In this document: positions 1-12,962 of the stretch, one piece after another
Layout: each line of letters opens with the position of its first letter
Numbering within the stretch: position 1 is the first letter of the stretch
Assembly: GCA_016906335.1 (NCBI GenBank)
Contig: JADEYG010000009.1
Span: forward strand, 992,001-1,056,000
Source of the DNA: Novakomyces olei
Lineage: Eukaryota
DNA: 64,000 bases
Reading direction: 5' to 3'
Translations under genes and position numbers: made by a program
The notes under the pieces: generated by a model
The model's database searches: none
What the model saw: only the letters and a program-made list of their open reading frames with translations
Told to the model about the DNA's origin: nothing

Positions 1-693
1 TAATGTACTGGCTTTATTTTTAGTAGAATTACTTGCTTGTATTGTATTGCACATTAAAAGCTGTGGCCGCTTATAATTATTGTTCATTATATTCTATATT
101 TATGCTCGCTTTACCATTAATGTTTGGCTGAAAATTATTATATATAGTAATTATATATAGAAATACACATTCGCCATCCTGTGTGAATACGCTTTTATAT
201 AGGGCGCTACTTTTATTTATGGCGCTTTTGTTATATCCCGTGCACCCGTGTACATGATTAGGTTACATTTTTGTGCCAATCGAGACGTGGATCCCGAATG
301 GCTACAAGCACGGAATTTCTATTACTGGGTCGGAAAAGACGGGTTGTCTTGTCCGTCCAAAATACCTGATTTTATCAGATTCAAATGGCTTTCGATCAGC
401 AGATTTAATCAATCGTATCGCTTTTTTTATTCAAACTAATTAAACTAATTATATTAAATTGTTTACTTTTCAATTTATCTAATTTCAATTTAATTCAAGT
501 TTGAAAAATTCACTTTTATTGAACTGTCTCATATACAGTCGAGCGCTTAATAATAGGGAAAAACATAATAAAGAACAAATTAATTAAAAAAAAATAAATA
601 AATAAATAAATAAAGAAAAGCAATGCTTGTCAGTATCGATTGCTTCCAAAATTCAAATTTTAAACTATTCTATCCTTATTATCGACCACTGTA

Positions 694-3475
694 TCAGCTC
701 CGGACAGGCTCAAACTTGTCGACTGTCTGGGTAAAAGTGCCGTGGCCTCGAGTCAGACTCTGCAGTACACGGTTGTACCCCACCATATTCACCAAGGGCA
801 CACGTGCCCGAATGACTTGAGTCCGCTGGGGCTGTTGCAGGGCGAGCGCCTCGTGCATTGTAGGATCGGGTGGAGCATAGACTCGGCCCTGTTCGTGCTG
901 GGCAGAGACAGAATCAAGCGTACTCGTCTCATACACATCCCCATTACGAACGCCAGCAATATCGTTTGCCACTGCTCCAACGTACTGTTCCTCCACGGTA
1001 ATGGCAACGTCCATTACTGGCTGCAAAAGGCAAACGTCTCCCATAGCTGCCGCGTTTATACACTGGGAAAGGGCCTGTCTGACTGCGGCAATCAGAGCAT
1101 GAGCGTTTGTTGCTCCTGCTGTAGCATCGACCTGGTCTAATGACACAGTAACATTGATTAGAGGATGGCCTTGGATACGGCCGCGTACAAGCCCAGCCTC
1201 TGCACCTTGCACTAGTGCAGTCTGGACTTGCTGCCGCGACAAGTCAGCAGCCTTGGCAACCTGCTCAAGGACAGTACGGGGACAAGTTATAAAGTTACTC
1301 TGGCCGACTGCAAATGTTTCCCGCTTGCCCTGCTTACCGTCTGGATTAGTGCCCTTTCTTTCCCAACTTTTTGCCTTTGCACTCCGCTCTTGCGTGCTTT
1401 GCCTGCATGCATCAGCATCGCTCTGCTCTGCCGGTCTAACTTGCAAAGTTACTCCTGCCACTAACGTCTTTGCACCTACTTGCTGCTCATACGCATGTGC
1501 CACAGAAGGCAGTGGCCGGGTTACTGATTCCTTGTAATTGATCTCCAACGGTCCCATCTCCATTCGAGCCTTGAAATGATCACGCAGCCTTTTAGCCCCA
1601 ATATCCAGATGAAGTTCGCCCATCCCGGCCAGCAGTAACTGGCCAGTGGCCTCGTTTACACTGACAGAGAAGCTTGGATCTTCTTGCACAAGCGAGGCCA
1701 GAGCTTGCTCTAGCGGTTTTTGCTCGCCTACTGAAGCTGGCTCCAGGCTGGCCATATAAACAGGCGGAGGCACACTAATAGGCAGCAATTGCAGTGTCTT
1801 TTTGGAGTCTCGCTGCGCAATTAAAGTGTCCCCAGTACGAATGGCTTTAGCACCTGCAATCACACAAATGTTGCCCGCTGGGACAGAGGCAACTTGCCTA
1901 AGGTCGTCGGCAAAGGCGTACATAACTTTGGAAACCCGCTCTGTGCTCTGCGTCCGAGTATTGAATACTGTGGCCCCAGAGTGTAAGGTGCCAGAGTACA
2001 CGCGTGTATAAACCAGAGGGCCACGTTGAGCATCGTGTAAGACTTTGAACGCCAGAGCACATAGACTGGGCTCGTGCAGGCTGGGTTTGTAGCCAGTTTT
2101 GGGGGCAATCTTACTGTTATTGCTACCTTTATTATTTGTAGTCTTGGTTTCGAAACCAGTCTCAAGATCCCCGATTTGCAAAGTAAAAGGCGGAGGCCGC
2201 TCTAGCGGGTTAGGCAAGTACTTTAGTATAGCGTCGAGTAGAGGCTGAACCCCAGTATTGCGGAAAGAGGCGCCTAAAAGCACGGGAACAAGGACGCTTG
2301 CCTTTGTAGCCCGAGCTAGAGCTGCTTCGATTAGAGGGACAGGTACGGAAAGCGCACTTGACGCTTCAGCAAAGTGCTCTAGAAAAGTATCATCGACTTC
2401 AGCCAGCGATTCTACAAGTGCCGTACGCGCACGATCAACTTCTGCCCTCACTGAAGGACGTGTGGCACTTGAAAGTGGGTACACATTCGGCTCGCCGTCC
2501 TTCCATACTATTAGTCTGTCTGCCAGTATATCCACGAGTCCGCAAAACGTTGTATCAAAACTAGAAGCCTGCACGTCGCCCTCGAGAGGTGAAGTGGATG
2601 AGGCAAAGTAGGGCAGCTGTAGTACTGCCGGTCTTGCACCTAAGCGAGACGCCACTTGCTTTACTGCCCTGCCAAATCCAGCGCCTACACGGTCCATTTT
2701 ATTTACGAAAAAGATGTTGGGCAACCTGTGCTGAAACTGAGTCTGGCGCCACACTTTTTCCGTTTGTGCCTCGACTCCTTTCACTGCATCCAGGATACAC
2801 ACTGCCCCGTCAAGGACACGAACACTGCGCTCTACTTCAAAAGTAAAATCTGCGTGCCCGGGTGTATCAATAAGGTTGATTCGGTGGCCTTGCCAGGCAA
2901 AAGTTATGGCCGCCGAGTTGATTGTAATACCACGTTCACGTTCTTCCGGAAGGTAGTCCATTACCGTTGATCCAGAGTCAACCTCTAGCTGTAAGCAAAA
3001 TGTGGCATTGTAACAGCCAAATCTAGCAAAAGGATAGAAACAACATGTCTAACGTGCGACGATAACTTGAGAGCAGATCCATAAAAAAGAGAACTGAAAA
3101 GAGAGCAAAGAGCCAAAAGAGCAAAGAGAGTAAACCGTAGAAGACGCAACGTCATTACAAAGGCCAAACAATCCATACAAGAATATTTGCAGACTAAAGC
3201 CGAAAGGAAATTGAGAAAACGTACCGCCAATCGCTCTCGTGTAGCCGCCATAGTAAAGCATACGTTCTGTCGTAGTAGTTTTGCCCTACCAGAAAAAAGT
3301 CAGTACTCCAATAAACGTTTCAGTCTCGTACGGCGTCGATGTGTGCTACAATGCCAATATTACGAACAAGACGGGCGTCAGTATCGGCAGTAGGTTTCCC
3401 GTCCGCTGCGGCGGTCGCGTAGCGCCGCAGTAAGCGGCCTACATGTATGTACGGCAGTCGAATGCGTGTTATCAT
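694..3475 (-). CDS. MEF2: Mitochondrial ribosome-recycling factor EF-G2mt (3 exons)
   Basis: Spliced N-terminus MITRIRLP...VRNIGIVAHIDA|GKTTTTERMLYY..IG|EVDSGSTVMDYLPEERERGITI. GTPase motifs DTPGH and NKMD, EF-G C-terminal domains (GMGELHL). GTACG donors near 3331 and 3224. Confidence 0.9.
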
Positions 3476-3832
3476 GCCATGAAACCTTTGGAATAGTTGT
3501 TCAAACTTTTAAAGTTGAAATTGAATAGACTTTATTATGGAAATAGTGGATTCACCACTGTTTGCAAAGTTAGGGATTGGATAGAGTGTTACAAGAAAGT
3601 GCAAGGCAGACAGAATTTAATGTGTAGTGTGATAACGGGTATTGTGTAAAGTTGTAACGTTTAATGTACCGTGCGCTACATTAGCTTGGAAAGAAACTGG
3701 GAGAGTATTGCGAAAGTGTATAACGTGTACAGGGTTACCCACAAAGTACCATACATTATACACAAGTGAAATAGTACCCTGCTCTAACCCCGTGAGTCAC
3801 ACAGCACGAGAGGATACTGTAAAGAGCCAGGC

Positions 3833-5538
3833 ATGTCGGCGCGGCCGAGTGTGAACGTAACCGCAATTGAACGCATAGGGCGTAAAGATCTCATTGTCAA
3901 GTTTGATGCGCATGTAAGATTGTCTCCATTCCTATTTCAAAGGCAATCTAACGTTTAGGTAACGTTGCCGCAGTACCGTACATCGCAGTACCGCGATGTA
4001 CGACGCACTTTCGCAGAGTTTGGCAAACTGGCCGACTACTTGATTGCAACGTACCCAGAGTGTATCATACCCGCTGTGCCGTTGAGTGTCACCGCGTTTG
4101 GAGCGGGCACAGAGGAAGATGAGCGGCTGACACGGGCAAACATGCAACACTGGTTTAACATTGTTCTTTCAAAGACGCCGCTGGCACCAGATGAGGAGAT
4201 TCGATTCTTCATAGAGTCTGACTTTGGCTACTCGCCCATGATTAATAAGGGCAATCCTACAAGCGGCCTTAAACGGCGCGCAATCAAGGCGCAGGGACCC
4301 CCACCGGAGACTACACCCGAACTGGCGGCAGCAAGAGGTGCTATAAAGCAGTTTTATGTAGAAACTGCTCATACTTTGACTAAGCTGGATAAAGTTTTGA
4401 AGGCGCGGAAACGTATGGTGTTTGATTTCAGAGTTCCCCTTTTTTTTTTTATCTGGGTTTGGGATATTTTCATCACTGCTGATTTAAATTATTTGGGATT
4501 CGATCAGTGGTTTATAACTGTTGCTCGTGACGATACGTTTGTCCTTTGTTGTCTGTCTTTGTCTTTTTTATACGTTGATGGTTTAAAGCATTTTACATTT
4601 TTCTTTTATTCTATCCAATTGTCTACCCCTTTCCTTGTATCTTCAACTTTTCTAGTATGGATGATGAAAATGTTTGATTCTTGTCGCTTGTATTACAGTT
4701 CCCTCCCAACTCCCTCCCAACTTGTCTCTCTTTTTTCCCACATTTCCCAATCTAACATTGCGCAGACTTAAGCCTGGCACAGGTCGAGACGGGCGGCCGT
4801 ATTGCCGCCCTCGGCACTTCAGAAACACACGCTGGTATGGCTAACGCGTTTACGCGTTTTGGACGCGTAATTCAGTCAGTTGGGGATTGTATGTCTGTAC
4901 ACGCGACAGTAGAAGCCGGAACCCTGGGCGACGCGTTACGTTACCACAGTCACGACGCATTTATCGTGAAGGAGACCCTAACTAACCGCAATTTAATGGT
5001 ACGGGACTTGATTGCCGTACAAAACAGCACACGGGCAAAACAGCAAACTGCCTCTAAAATGAGAACGTCATCAAATATCAGCCCAGCTAAAGTCGATGAG
5101 GCAATTTCGGCTATGGAAGAGGCTCAACGTCAAGAATCGCATTTGGCCCAGCGCGTGCAGGCAGTCACGGATAACCTGGTACGTGAGGCCAGATCGTGGA
5201 CTAACCATACTTCTCGTGAGATGCGAAGTACCCTCGTACTTTATGCTCAACGGCAGATTGATACTGAGCGTAAAGTACTGAATGTATTAGAGTCTGTTCG
5301 CTCTGATATTCGTAATATCGACGGGTCTGGAGGCCTTTCGCGTTTAGGCAGGGAGAATTTGCGGCACCGTGCTTCTTCACAGTCTGGAACTGGGAGTGTG
5401 GCGGGAGATGAGTGGAGTGGGGTTACTCGTGCTTCACAGAACGTTAGTCCACCGAAATCGCGGACTCGGCCTGTCGTGGGGGCTCAGGCTGGCCGAATTG
5501 ATGCTAGATCTGCAGCCTCGTTTTTGGCCTCTTCTTGA
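3833..5538 (+). CDS. VPS17: Retromer PX-BAR sorting nexin Vps17 (3 exons)
   Basis: Exon 1 IERIGRKDLIVKFDAH, intron 3914-3958, then LPQYRTSQYRDVRRT..EF.KL (PX domain). Intron ~4413-4766, then BAR-like helices (DAFIVKETLTNR) and GGLSRLGRE. Confidence 0.88.
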
Positions 5539-6233
5539 TGCTTTGGTTTTTGTAATTAAACGTTTAAAACAAAGTATTCCGAGATATTGGATAGGTGTAA
5601 GTTTAATTCTTCTAGTTTTTATTTGTCTTATCTACGATCCTTCGTTCTTCTTTTGCCTTTGATTGTTGAAATGTTTTACAGAGCTTGCCTGGTCACCATC
5701 GTGCATTGCGCGTTTATTTTTCCTTTTGTAATCGACTTTACGATTAGTGCATCGTCTGATATGCGCTCGGGTTAGTATTTCCATGGCAGCATTCAATACA
5801 TCACCCCATTTGAGTAGAAGATGTCCACCAATTCGAAATGACAAAAAGTTAGATATAGCAAACGGACAAGAATTTCTGTCTCTGTCATAGAGACTAGAGA
5901 GACTCGTTAGCAAACCTCTGCTTTGGTCTAAAATAACACAATTATCTCGTGCTTCGATGGAATTTACGTGTAAGAGCTTCAATTCAAGTATAATAAAACT
6001 GTATTCTTCCACCTTTACTAATTTGTATTCTAATACTCTAATCTATGTTACTGCTAAAGTTAGATTTCATATTCCACCCACTTTTCCGCCGTACTAAAGT
6101 ACTAAGTCCATCACTAAAAGTATAGTTCCTTGGCTCGTACGTACGTCAATGTTAGATACAAAGTTAGAAATAAATAATATACTGTACTCTGGCCTAAAGT
6201 AGTGATTGTCACGTACATGACCCAGTTCATGGC

Positions 6234-7168
6234 ATGGACAGGTTTGCAAATGCCGTCGCTTCGCCCGCGCGAATAGCGGACACGCCGTCACGGCGCAACG
6301 GCATATCCGAAAGGCAAGAGCTTGATTATCGTGCAGAGATGGCCAGGCTGGTCCAGTCCTCTGGGCAATTGCTTGAACTGTGAGTTACCTGACGAGAGTA
6401 GTTTCTCATTTACCTTCAACTTTACCTTTTCTCTACGGTTTTGTTTTCAGAGTACTCATGACAGACGTCAATCTACCATTGGTGTCGCTCAAGTTCTCCT
6501 GCAGCAATACTACTTTATGGCGCGCATAGACGTTGAGCAAATAGACGCGACTGCCATGGCTGCTATACTTTTGGCCTGTAAACTTTCAGAAAAGAGTGTC
6601 AACGTGCGGCACATTGTGGGCACCTTTTACTACATTGAAAACGGCCGTATAATTGACGCTTTTGGAGAGGTAACTATGTCCATTTGCACGCGTTTTTCTA
6701 TTTGTTTTATTTAATTTTTTATTATTGAATTTATTGGCCCGTCTTATTGTAACTTCATCAATTAGGGATTAATGGTAGGAATTCTATGATACACGGCGAC
6801 GGATGAATCAGGCTGAAATGGAGATTTTGAGACACATTGGCTTTGATACCAACATTACCCTACCATACCCCTTTCTCATAAATTATATACAAACTCTAGG
6901 TCTCGCTGGTAATCGTTCCTTCGTACAAACTGCCTGGGAACACGTCAACGGGCTTTTGTGGACAATCCTGCCCGCTGTATACCAGCCGCATGTGCTTGCC
7001 TGTGCTGCTCTGTTCCTGGCCGCCAGGAAACATGCCGTGAAGCTTCCACCGGACTGGCACCTTGTTATGGATACAGAGCTTTTAGATATTGTACAAACAG
7101 CAGCGTACCTCAAAGGATTTTATGTACGTCAATCCTTACCAGTCGCTAAAGGCGCCGTGAAAAAATAA
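6234..7168 (+). CDS. Cyclin L-like transcriptional cyclin (3 exons)
   Basis: MDRFANAVAS..TPSRRNGISERQELDYR..LVQSSGQLLEL|RQSTIGVAQVLLQQYY..LLACKLSE..AEMEILRHIGFD..LPYPFLINYIQTL, a cyclin-box pattern of the cyclin L family. Donors at 6380 and 6670. Confidence 0.8.
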
Positions 7169-7408
7169 TAAAGATATTTTGAGTGCTTTTTGATCCAATT
7201 AGACAAAAGAAAGACTGGAATTGTGTGTATGTATGTATGTGTAGATACGTAAATACATATACATACAAGTACACGGCATCTGTACGTAATACATCATCTT
7301 TGCTTGCGGGGTCAATCTCTGGGTTTGTAGAGATTGATTATTTTATCTGTTCTCCATCGAGGTTTCTGTAAACCTTCAACCCTTTTTTGCACTGTAATCG
7401 TGCACAGA

Positions 7409-8765
7409 CTAGAACGAAGTATATCGAGTCCAAATCATGACATTGCCTGTACTTGAGCATCTATCCATGATCTGATTAGATTTTGTCAACGCTGGAAGAT
7501 AAAGTCGTACCATAAGAATCATAATAGCTCAAAACAAGATCAGATTTTGCCAGTCAGGTATCGCAGTGGCTGATTGATAAATAAATCAAGCACGACGAAG
7601 TAAATTGAAAGCAGACGTTGTCTATCAAGTCAGAAATCCAATTTGAAGCAAACAAGAAAAATAATAACAAAAATAGTACAGAAGCAAATAGAAACAAATA
7701 AAACAAAAATAAATTAAAATAAATTAAATAAATCGAAATGATGGGTATGAAAAATGGAGGCTATAGCAATCAACGGGTAAACACTACCTCTTGCAATTTC
7801 AAGGTCGAGCTAAACACGCTTGTAATATCACGGAGAGACTGCACGCTATTCGCATCATCTGTAAACCTATCACCCACTGGTTTTGGCCAGTTGGCAATAG
7901 CATCAATACGTCTCAAAAGCGCCGCATTAGGCTCTTCACCCTCTTGTACACGTTGCACATACGCGCGAAGCCCAAGCAAACGCTCCCGCAACATCTCCAC
8001 AGCAGCCTTTTGTTCACGTAAGTGTAAAAGTACTAAAGTTAGAAGAGTCGCAAATAATATATATTAAAGAGGAACAAAATCTAGTCTTGGCACTTACAGC
8101 GCATGTTCCGTGATGTATCCCGCGGTTTTGTTTTCGTTACGTGCTCGATAGCAATTCGTTCTTCTTCTGTCATTTCCATTCGACACTGAAGAGGAGCAAA
8201 GCGCGTTGTACGCTTTGAACTATCGTAAATGCCTTCGTAAGCAGCCAAGGGTAATTCTGATGCAGAGTGAGACTTGTGGAAAGCTTCGACGTCCAACAAG
8301 AGCAAAATTGGCGCTGCTACTATTTCCTGGACCGCTGTATAAGCGGCCAAGTGTGCAGACTCTGGAGTTTGGCCGTAAGCAAAGATCCCAGACACCTCGA
8401 GATCAGGAGCTATCTCCTTGACTTAATTCTTAGCAATTAAACGATGGTAAACAGATTAGGAAGCAAACCCGTCTGGAACAACAAAAAAACATGGGAGCAG
8501 TCTTACACTGAGATTCACGTAGCTTCAAAAACTCCATATCAATAGATCCGTCCTGTACAGGTACATCACATGCAGCACGAACTGTAAGTCGCCGGCCAGT
8601 TTGTTCACCGATCAAAGCGCCAATGAGGTTTTGTTGCTCAATACTTGCATTGGAAAGAGCCACTTTGTTGCGAGTGTATATATCTGATATTGACAGCAAC
8701 GCTACGGGCGAAATAAGAACCTCGAGGCCGCTGGACGCTGCTTCCTGCGCTACCAGTTCCGTCAT
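7409..8765 (-). CDS. CSN6: COP9 signalosome subunit 6-like MPN protein (multi-exon; 3' end uncertain)
   Basis: SGLEVLISPVALLSISDIYTR..IGALIGEQTGRRLTV (MPN- domain), later EMTEEERIAIEHV and AVEMLRERL..YVQRVQEGE, spread over ORFs 8430-8894, 8081-8395 and 7770-8000. Confidence 0.75.
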
Positions 8766-8984
8766 GTCGTATGTGCACTGTGAACTTTTGTGAATGACAC
8801 CAGTATAGTGTAACAATACGTTTGTATGTGTAGTGTCTAAATAGACAGAAGTACCACCAATTTGGCAGAAAGTTACTGCTGTTTGTACGTGCATACTAGT
8901 GTTGATATTTAATGTTCAGAGTAACTTTATTGAGGAAAATACAGTCTGCGCAGTACATTTTTGCCTTGAATAAAGTACAGGCAG

Positions 8985-9082
8985 ACGCGTATTGCTTTTG
9001 AATATTAAGTTTCTCTAACTTTTTACTTACAATTCACCACTTTATCCCCACTTTAAAGTACGGTACGCTTTGAAGTACGCGT
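8985..9082. promoter_or_regulatory. Two MCB elements (ACGCGT) upstream of the Sld7-like gene
   Basis: ACGCGT at 8985-8990 and 9077-9082, within 150 bp of the ATG at 9126. Confidence 0.45.
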
Positions 9083-9125
9083 TCCATCAGCTGTTGACTT
9101 TGAACGGGAGAACAGATGCGCGCCT

Positions 9126-10344
9126 ATGCCAAATGCATGGACAGGCAGAGTAGACTCGAGCGCGTTTAGGGCTGAGTATGGCAATTATCACAATGGCAAG
9201 TTTTTCTCACCAATTGTTTCTAACGCTATACAGTACCTCGAGAATTGGAACAGATCAAACTTACATCGGCCGGCGCACGGTGGCTAAGTGAAATTGGCGA
9301 CCTACGGCTTTTGCGCGTAATAAATGTCGAAAATGTGCCTTATTGGCTTTTTGATGGGGGTCATGCTTTAATGTACGTGGTATTTGTCAACCATGCTAAA
9401 CACGTGAAAGGGAAACAACAAGCCAAAAGACGCGGCAATGCATAGAGGATATTTTGAACGCGGTATGCGGCTTTTATCCCTTTAAGTTTTCCGCTCTTTT
9501 CGTTAATTTTCCGATGCTATAAATGCCTTTCTTCAATTCAACTTTAATTACTGCAATCTAACGGTATATAGTACGAGGGAAACGCAGCGCTTTTGTTGGA
9601 AGCTTCTACAAGTCTATTATTGGGAATCCCTCATAATGGAGAAATTGTAGTGCGGTACATTAGCCAGCGCAAACGGGAACTGCTACAGTCTCTGCTGTCT
9701 ATTAAATTAGAGGAAGAAGAGGACGATGGACCCTACTTTATCGATGTGGCAGATGGAGAAAGCAGGACACGTCATGAAAGCTTGGCCGCTCGTTTTGATG
9801 CATTGGCAGGGAATGGGGCGAAGAAAAGAAATCCGATTGAGAGGCTTATGCCGACATTGGTCCGACGTAGAGAAGGTTCAGTGCCTGCACCGGCTCTTAA
9901 TGATTCGTTCCAAAAAGATTCAAAGACGTCATTGACGCGCGAGATGGAAAAGGCAAAATTGCCCTTGTCACTGCGAACGACCGGTGCCTTGGATCCTGTT
10001 AAAGCGGTAGGCTTCTATTTTATTTTTTGTTGTATTGTAATATATTTATTTATTTTTTCTATTTATTTATTTTTTCTATATATTTATTTTTCTCTTCATT
10101 TATTCAACTGTTTAGTTATTTCTTTGACAGGCTTGTACTTAATGTTTAGCCGGCCATTGAAAAGCTGGTCCAGGCGGCTCTAAGATTGCACGGAGTCTTG
10201 GAAGAGAGCAATCCAGAATATGAACAATTGTACAGTATGACGTTGCAGGCTGCCACGTTTGCTGTACGAAATCATACGAGAATAGATGCTCAGAATGCTA
10301 TGCGAATAGTTGACGATTTGCTAAGAATTTTCACGGGACGGTAG
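9126..10344 (+). CDS. Sld7-like replication-initiation factor with Sld7 C-terminal domain (5 exons)
   Basis: Last exon reads AIEKLVQAALRLHGV..EYEQLYSMTLQAATFAVR..MRIVDDLLRIFTGR*, resembling the fungal Sld7_C pattern. Exons join in frame using GCAAGT, GTACGT, GTATGC and GTAGGC donors. Confidence 0.65.
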
Positions 10345-11078
10345 AAATGAGGCCCGCCTACATTTGTACGTTTACAATTACCTAGACATTGGGAATGCCG
10401 CCTTTCAAATAGCCAAATAAACGCGTCTATTCTGAGCCAAGCAAGTCAAACAATACATTTCTCTATGGAGCATATCTCGATGGAGCGATACATTAGCAAT
10501 CAGTTCATAATCAAGTAGATTGTCTTTGGCTCTTTCGGCAAGTTATGATTGCCCCGAACCTGTATCTTTAATCCTTTGGCGCTACCAGAAAAGTCACTTT
10601 TAAACCCAAGAATCCTCTGCACATTAATTAAAGTTGAGTTATTTCCCGATTAGATATCCGTGCGACAGATCGGCTCTACATACGTAAAAGATCACTAAAT
10701 ATTGTATGTGTATATATATATGTGTGATACGTCATATTCAAACATTAGATTGGCGAGTACGAGACGAGATATATAATAAAAGTAGCGCACGTTAAAAGTC
10801 CCGATAAGTATATCCTCAATTACCACTTTTGCAGCTCCACCAGCCTGATCCAAAGCAGGGACGTGTACGTCTATTTGAAATGCTGCAGCGGCAACGTGCT
10901 CACTCAACCAATCTCGGACCGACTTTAAACAACTTCAAACAGCTTTAAACACTCAACACTTACACTTTACACTTTACACTTTACGATTTACACTAAACAC
11001 TCAACCAACTTGAACGACTAACTACCTCTAACCAAACACATTGTCTCTATAAAAAGTAGGGCAAGGCAGCAGACTGCA

Positions 11079-12398
11079 ATGTCGTCATCCTCGCCGCTTC
11101 GTAAGCACGTGCTGCGGCAGGCGGGGATCCGTACGAGTACAAAATCGACGCCAGCGTCTTCGCGAGGCGGTTCAGAGGACGAGTCGGACACGAGTCTGGC
11201 TACGCAAAACGAAAGTCTTACCGAGCAAGACTCGGTGCCGTGGCCGACGGAGGTGAGGGAGACAGTTCGAGACTTGGCGGACCGGCGCAGTGGGATCGGC
11301 TCGGCCGAGGGCAGAAAAGAGCGGTTTAGTAGGGCTGTTCGGCTGTTGGCGCAGCACTATTGCCACGACGCTCTTGCAGACGACGAGGCAGAGCTTTTTG
11401 CCGCAGCTGCCCGCTCTCTGCGCTCACCGCGGTCAGAGTCAGAGGCGGTTCTTGCGAGCCAAATGCTCACACTCGCCTATCTAACTTTCCCCGGCAACGA
11501 GCAAGTGTGGCCTGCGACAGTGCCTATCGTTAAAACTGCCATCAGGGAAAACCCTGACTCTGGAGTAGTAGCGGCAGCACTAACTGCTCTCGCTGTAGCG
11601 GTGCTCGTGTACTGTGAGGGCGAGACAGAGGCAGCAGAGTGTGCTGCCTCTCTGCTCTCCATCGTAGAATCTGACGGAGCCAGTGTGGGAGCACTGGACG
11701 ACGAGACTGTAGTCGCCTCGGCCATTGAGGCTTTAGCGTGTGTAGTAACCTGCCTGCCCGAGGACAGCCTGCAGCCAATTGGCGATCGCACAGTGGCAGC
11801 CCTGCGTGACCAGCTCGAGTCTGGTTCCAGCGCCGTCCGGTCTGCCAGCGGAGAGTGCCTCGCTCTTGTCTGCCAAGTCTGTGCTGCCGCTGGACACTTG
11901 GCCGTAAGAAATGAAGAGGAAGTGGATGCGCTCACAGACAAACTGGCGGCTCTCGCTACTGTATCGTCAAAGAGAATCTCCAAGGCCGCCCGGCGACAGC
12001 ACCATACACTGTTCCGAGCAGTACTGCGCACTGTTCAGGCTCAGGGCGAAGAGTGCTTTGAAGACGAGACTCTTCGGTTTGGAAGGCGAACCGTCTACCA
12101 CGTAGACTCCTGGCGCAAGGCGGTAAGGTTAAAGGTGCTGCGCAAGGCGATCCCGTACGGCCTGCATGTTCACTTTGCCCGTAACCCTGTTGTCCAGTCT
12201 GCTCTCGAGTACAGCGGACCAGCTGTCGTCTTGGACAAGCAGGACGAGGAGGAGGAGGGCGATTTAATTGGCTCTGACTCGGACAGTGGCCGCGACAGGC
12301 ACTCGCGTATCTACAACAGGAACACCGCCAAGGCTCACACGGAGGCTATAAAGGCCAGCAGGCGGTCAAAACTGGAGGCTGTCTTTCAGAACGATTAG
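11079..12398 (+). CDS. IFRD (interferon-related developmental regulator) domain ARM-repeat protein
   Basis: Single exon, 439 aa. IVESDGASVGALDD, QLESGSSAVRSASGECLAL, SSKRISKAARR, VDSWRK..LHVHFARNPVV fit fungal IFRD proteins. Confidence 0.8.
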   Translation: MSSSSPLRKHVLRQAGIRTSTKSTPASSRGGSEDESDTSLATQNESLTEQDSVPWPTEVRETVRDLADRRSGIGSAEGRKERFSRAVRLLAQHYCHDALADDEAELFAAAARSLRSPRSESEAVLASQMLTLAYLTFPGNEQVWPATVPIVKTAIRENPDSGVVAAALTALAVAVLVYCEGETEAAECAASLLSIVESDGASVGALDDETVVASAIEALACVVTCLPEDSLQPIGDRTVAALRDQLESGSSAVRSASGECLALVCQVCAAAGHLAVRNEEEVDALTDKLAALATVSSKRISKAARRQHHTLFRAVLRTVQAQGEECFEDETLRFGRRTVYHVDSWRKAVRLKVLRKAIPYGLHVHFARNPVVQSALEYSGPAVVLDKQDEEEEGDLIGSDSDSGRDRHSRIYNRNTAKAHTEAIKASRRSKLEAVFQND

Positions 12399-12962
12399 CC
12401 GGCACTGGCTCTGAATTTTTCTAGACCACTTGGAGATGGAGATGGAGATGGATGCTCCTTTTTTGGTTTCAGTTAGCCACTGCTGGCCCTCTGGCCATCG
12501 TGTGTATCGTGGAGTCTATTGAATTTACCAATGTCCCGTCAGCTTGATGTTTACAAGGCAGGCTCAGTGGGCTATGCTACCCACTGGCCTTGATGTTTTG
12601 TGTACACTATTTAGGTTTGTTTCGGTGCAGGAATAGTCATATTAGGTGTGTCTACATAAACATTCGTCAAAGATAATCGTCGTGCCAGTACAGTGCCAAA
12701 AGTGCGTACTTGTCACGCTCGTCGTATACTGCCATGAACACGTAATGTTTTACTCTCGCTTTTGATAGGAACGGGCCCATCTGCGAATGGGAGGGCACGG
12801 TGTTCAGTTTTTACTAATCTGTAACAAATGCATCTGCCGAGAAATTGACTCAAGATTAAATCGACTTGTTAAATCATAACTACTTGTTTAATCATATCTA
12901 CTTTACTTGTTAAATCATATCGACTTGTTAAATCACATCGAGCTCCAAAAACGCGTCTCCAG

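Noticed and set aside
4413-4766. Hydrophobic extension of the Vps17 ORF and an ATGATGA box in its intron
   Set aside because: The extension is intron read-through. The C-box-like motif has no suitably placed downstream CTGA D box.
5632-6012. 126-aa minus-strand ORF between VPS17 and the cyclin gene
   Set aside because: Non-ATG start, no recognisable domain, overlaps the likely VPS17 3' UTR.
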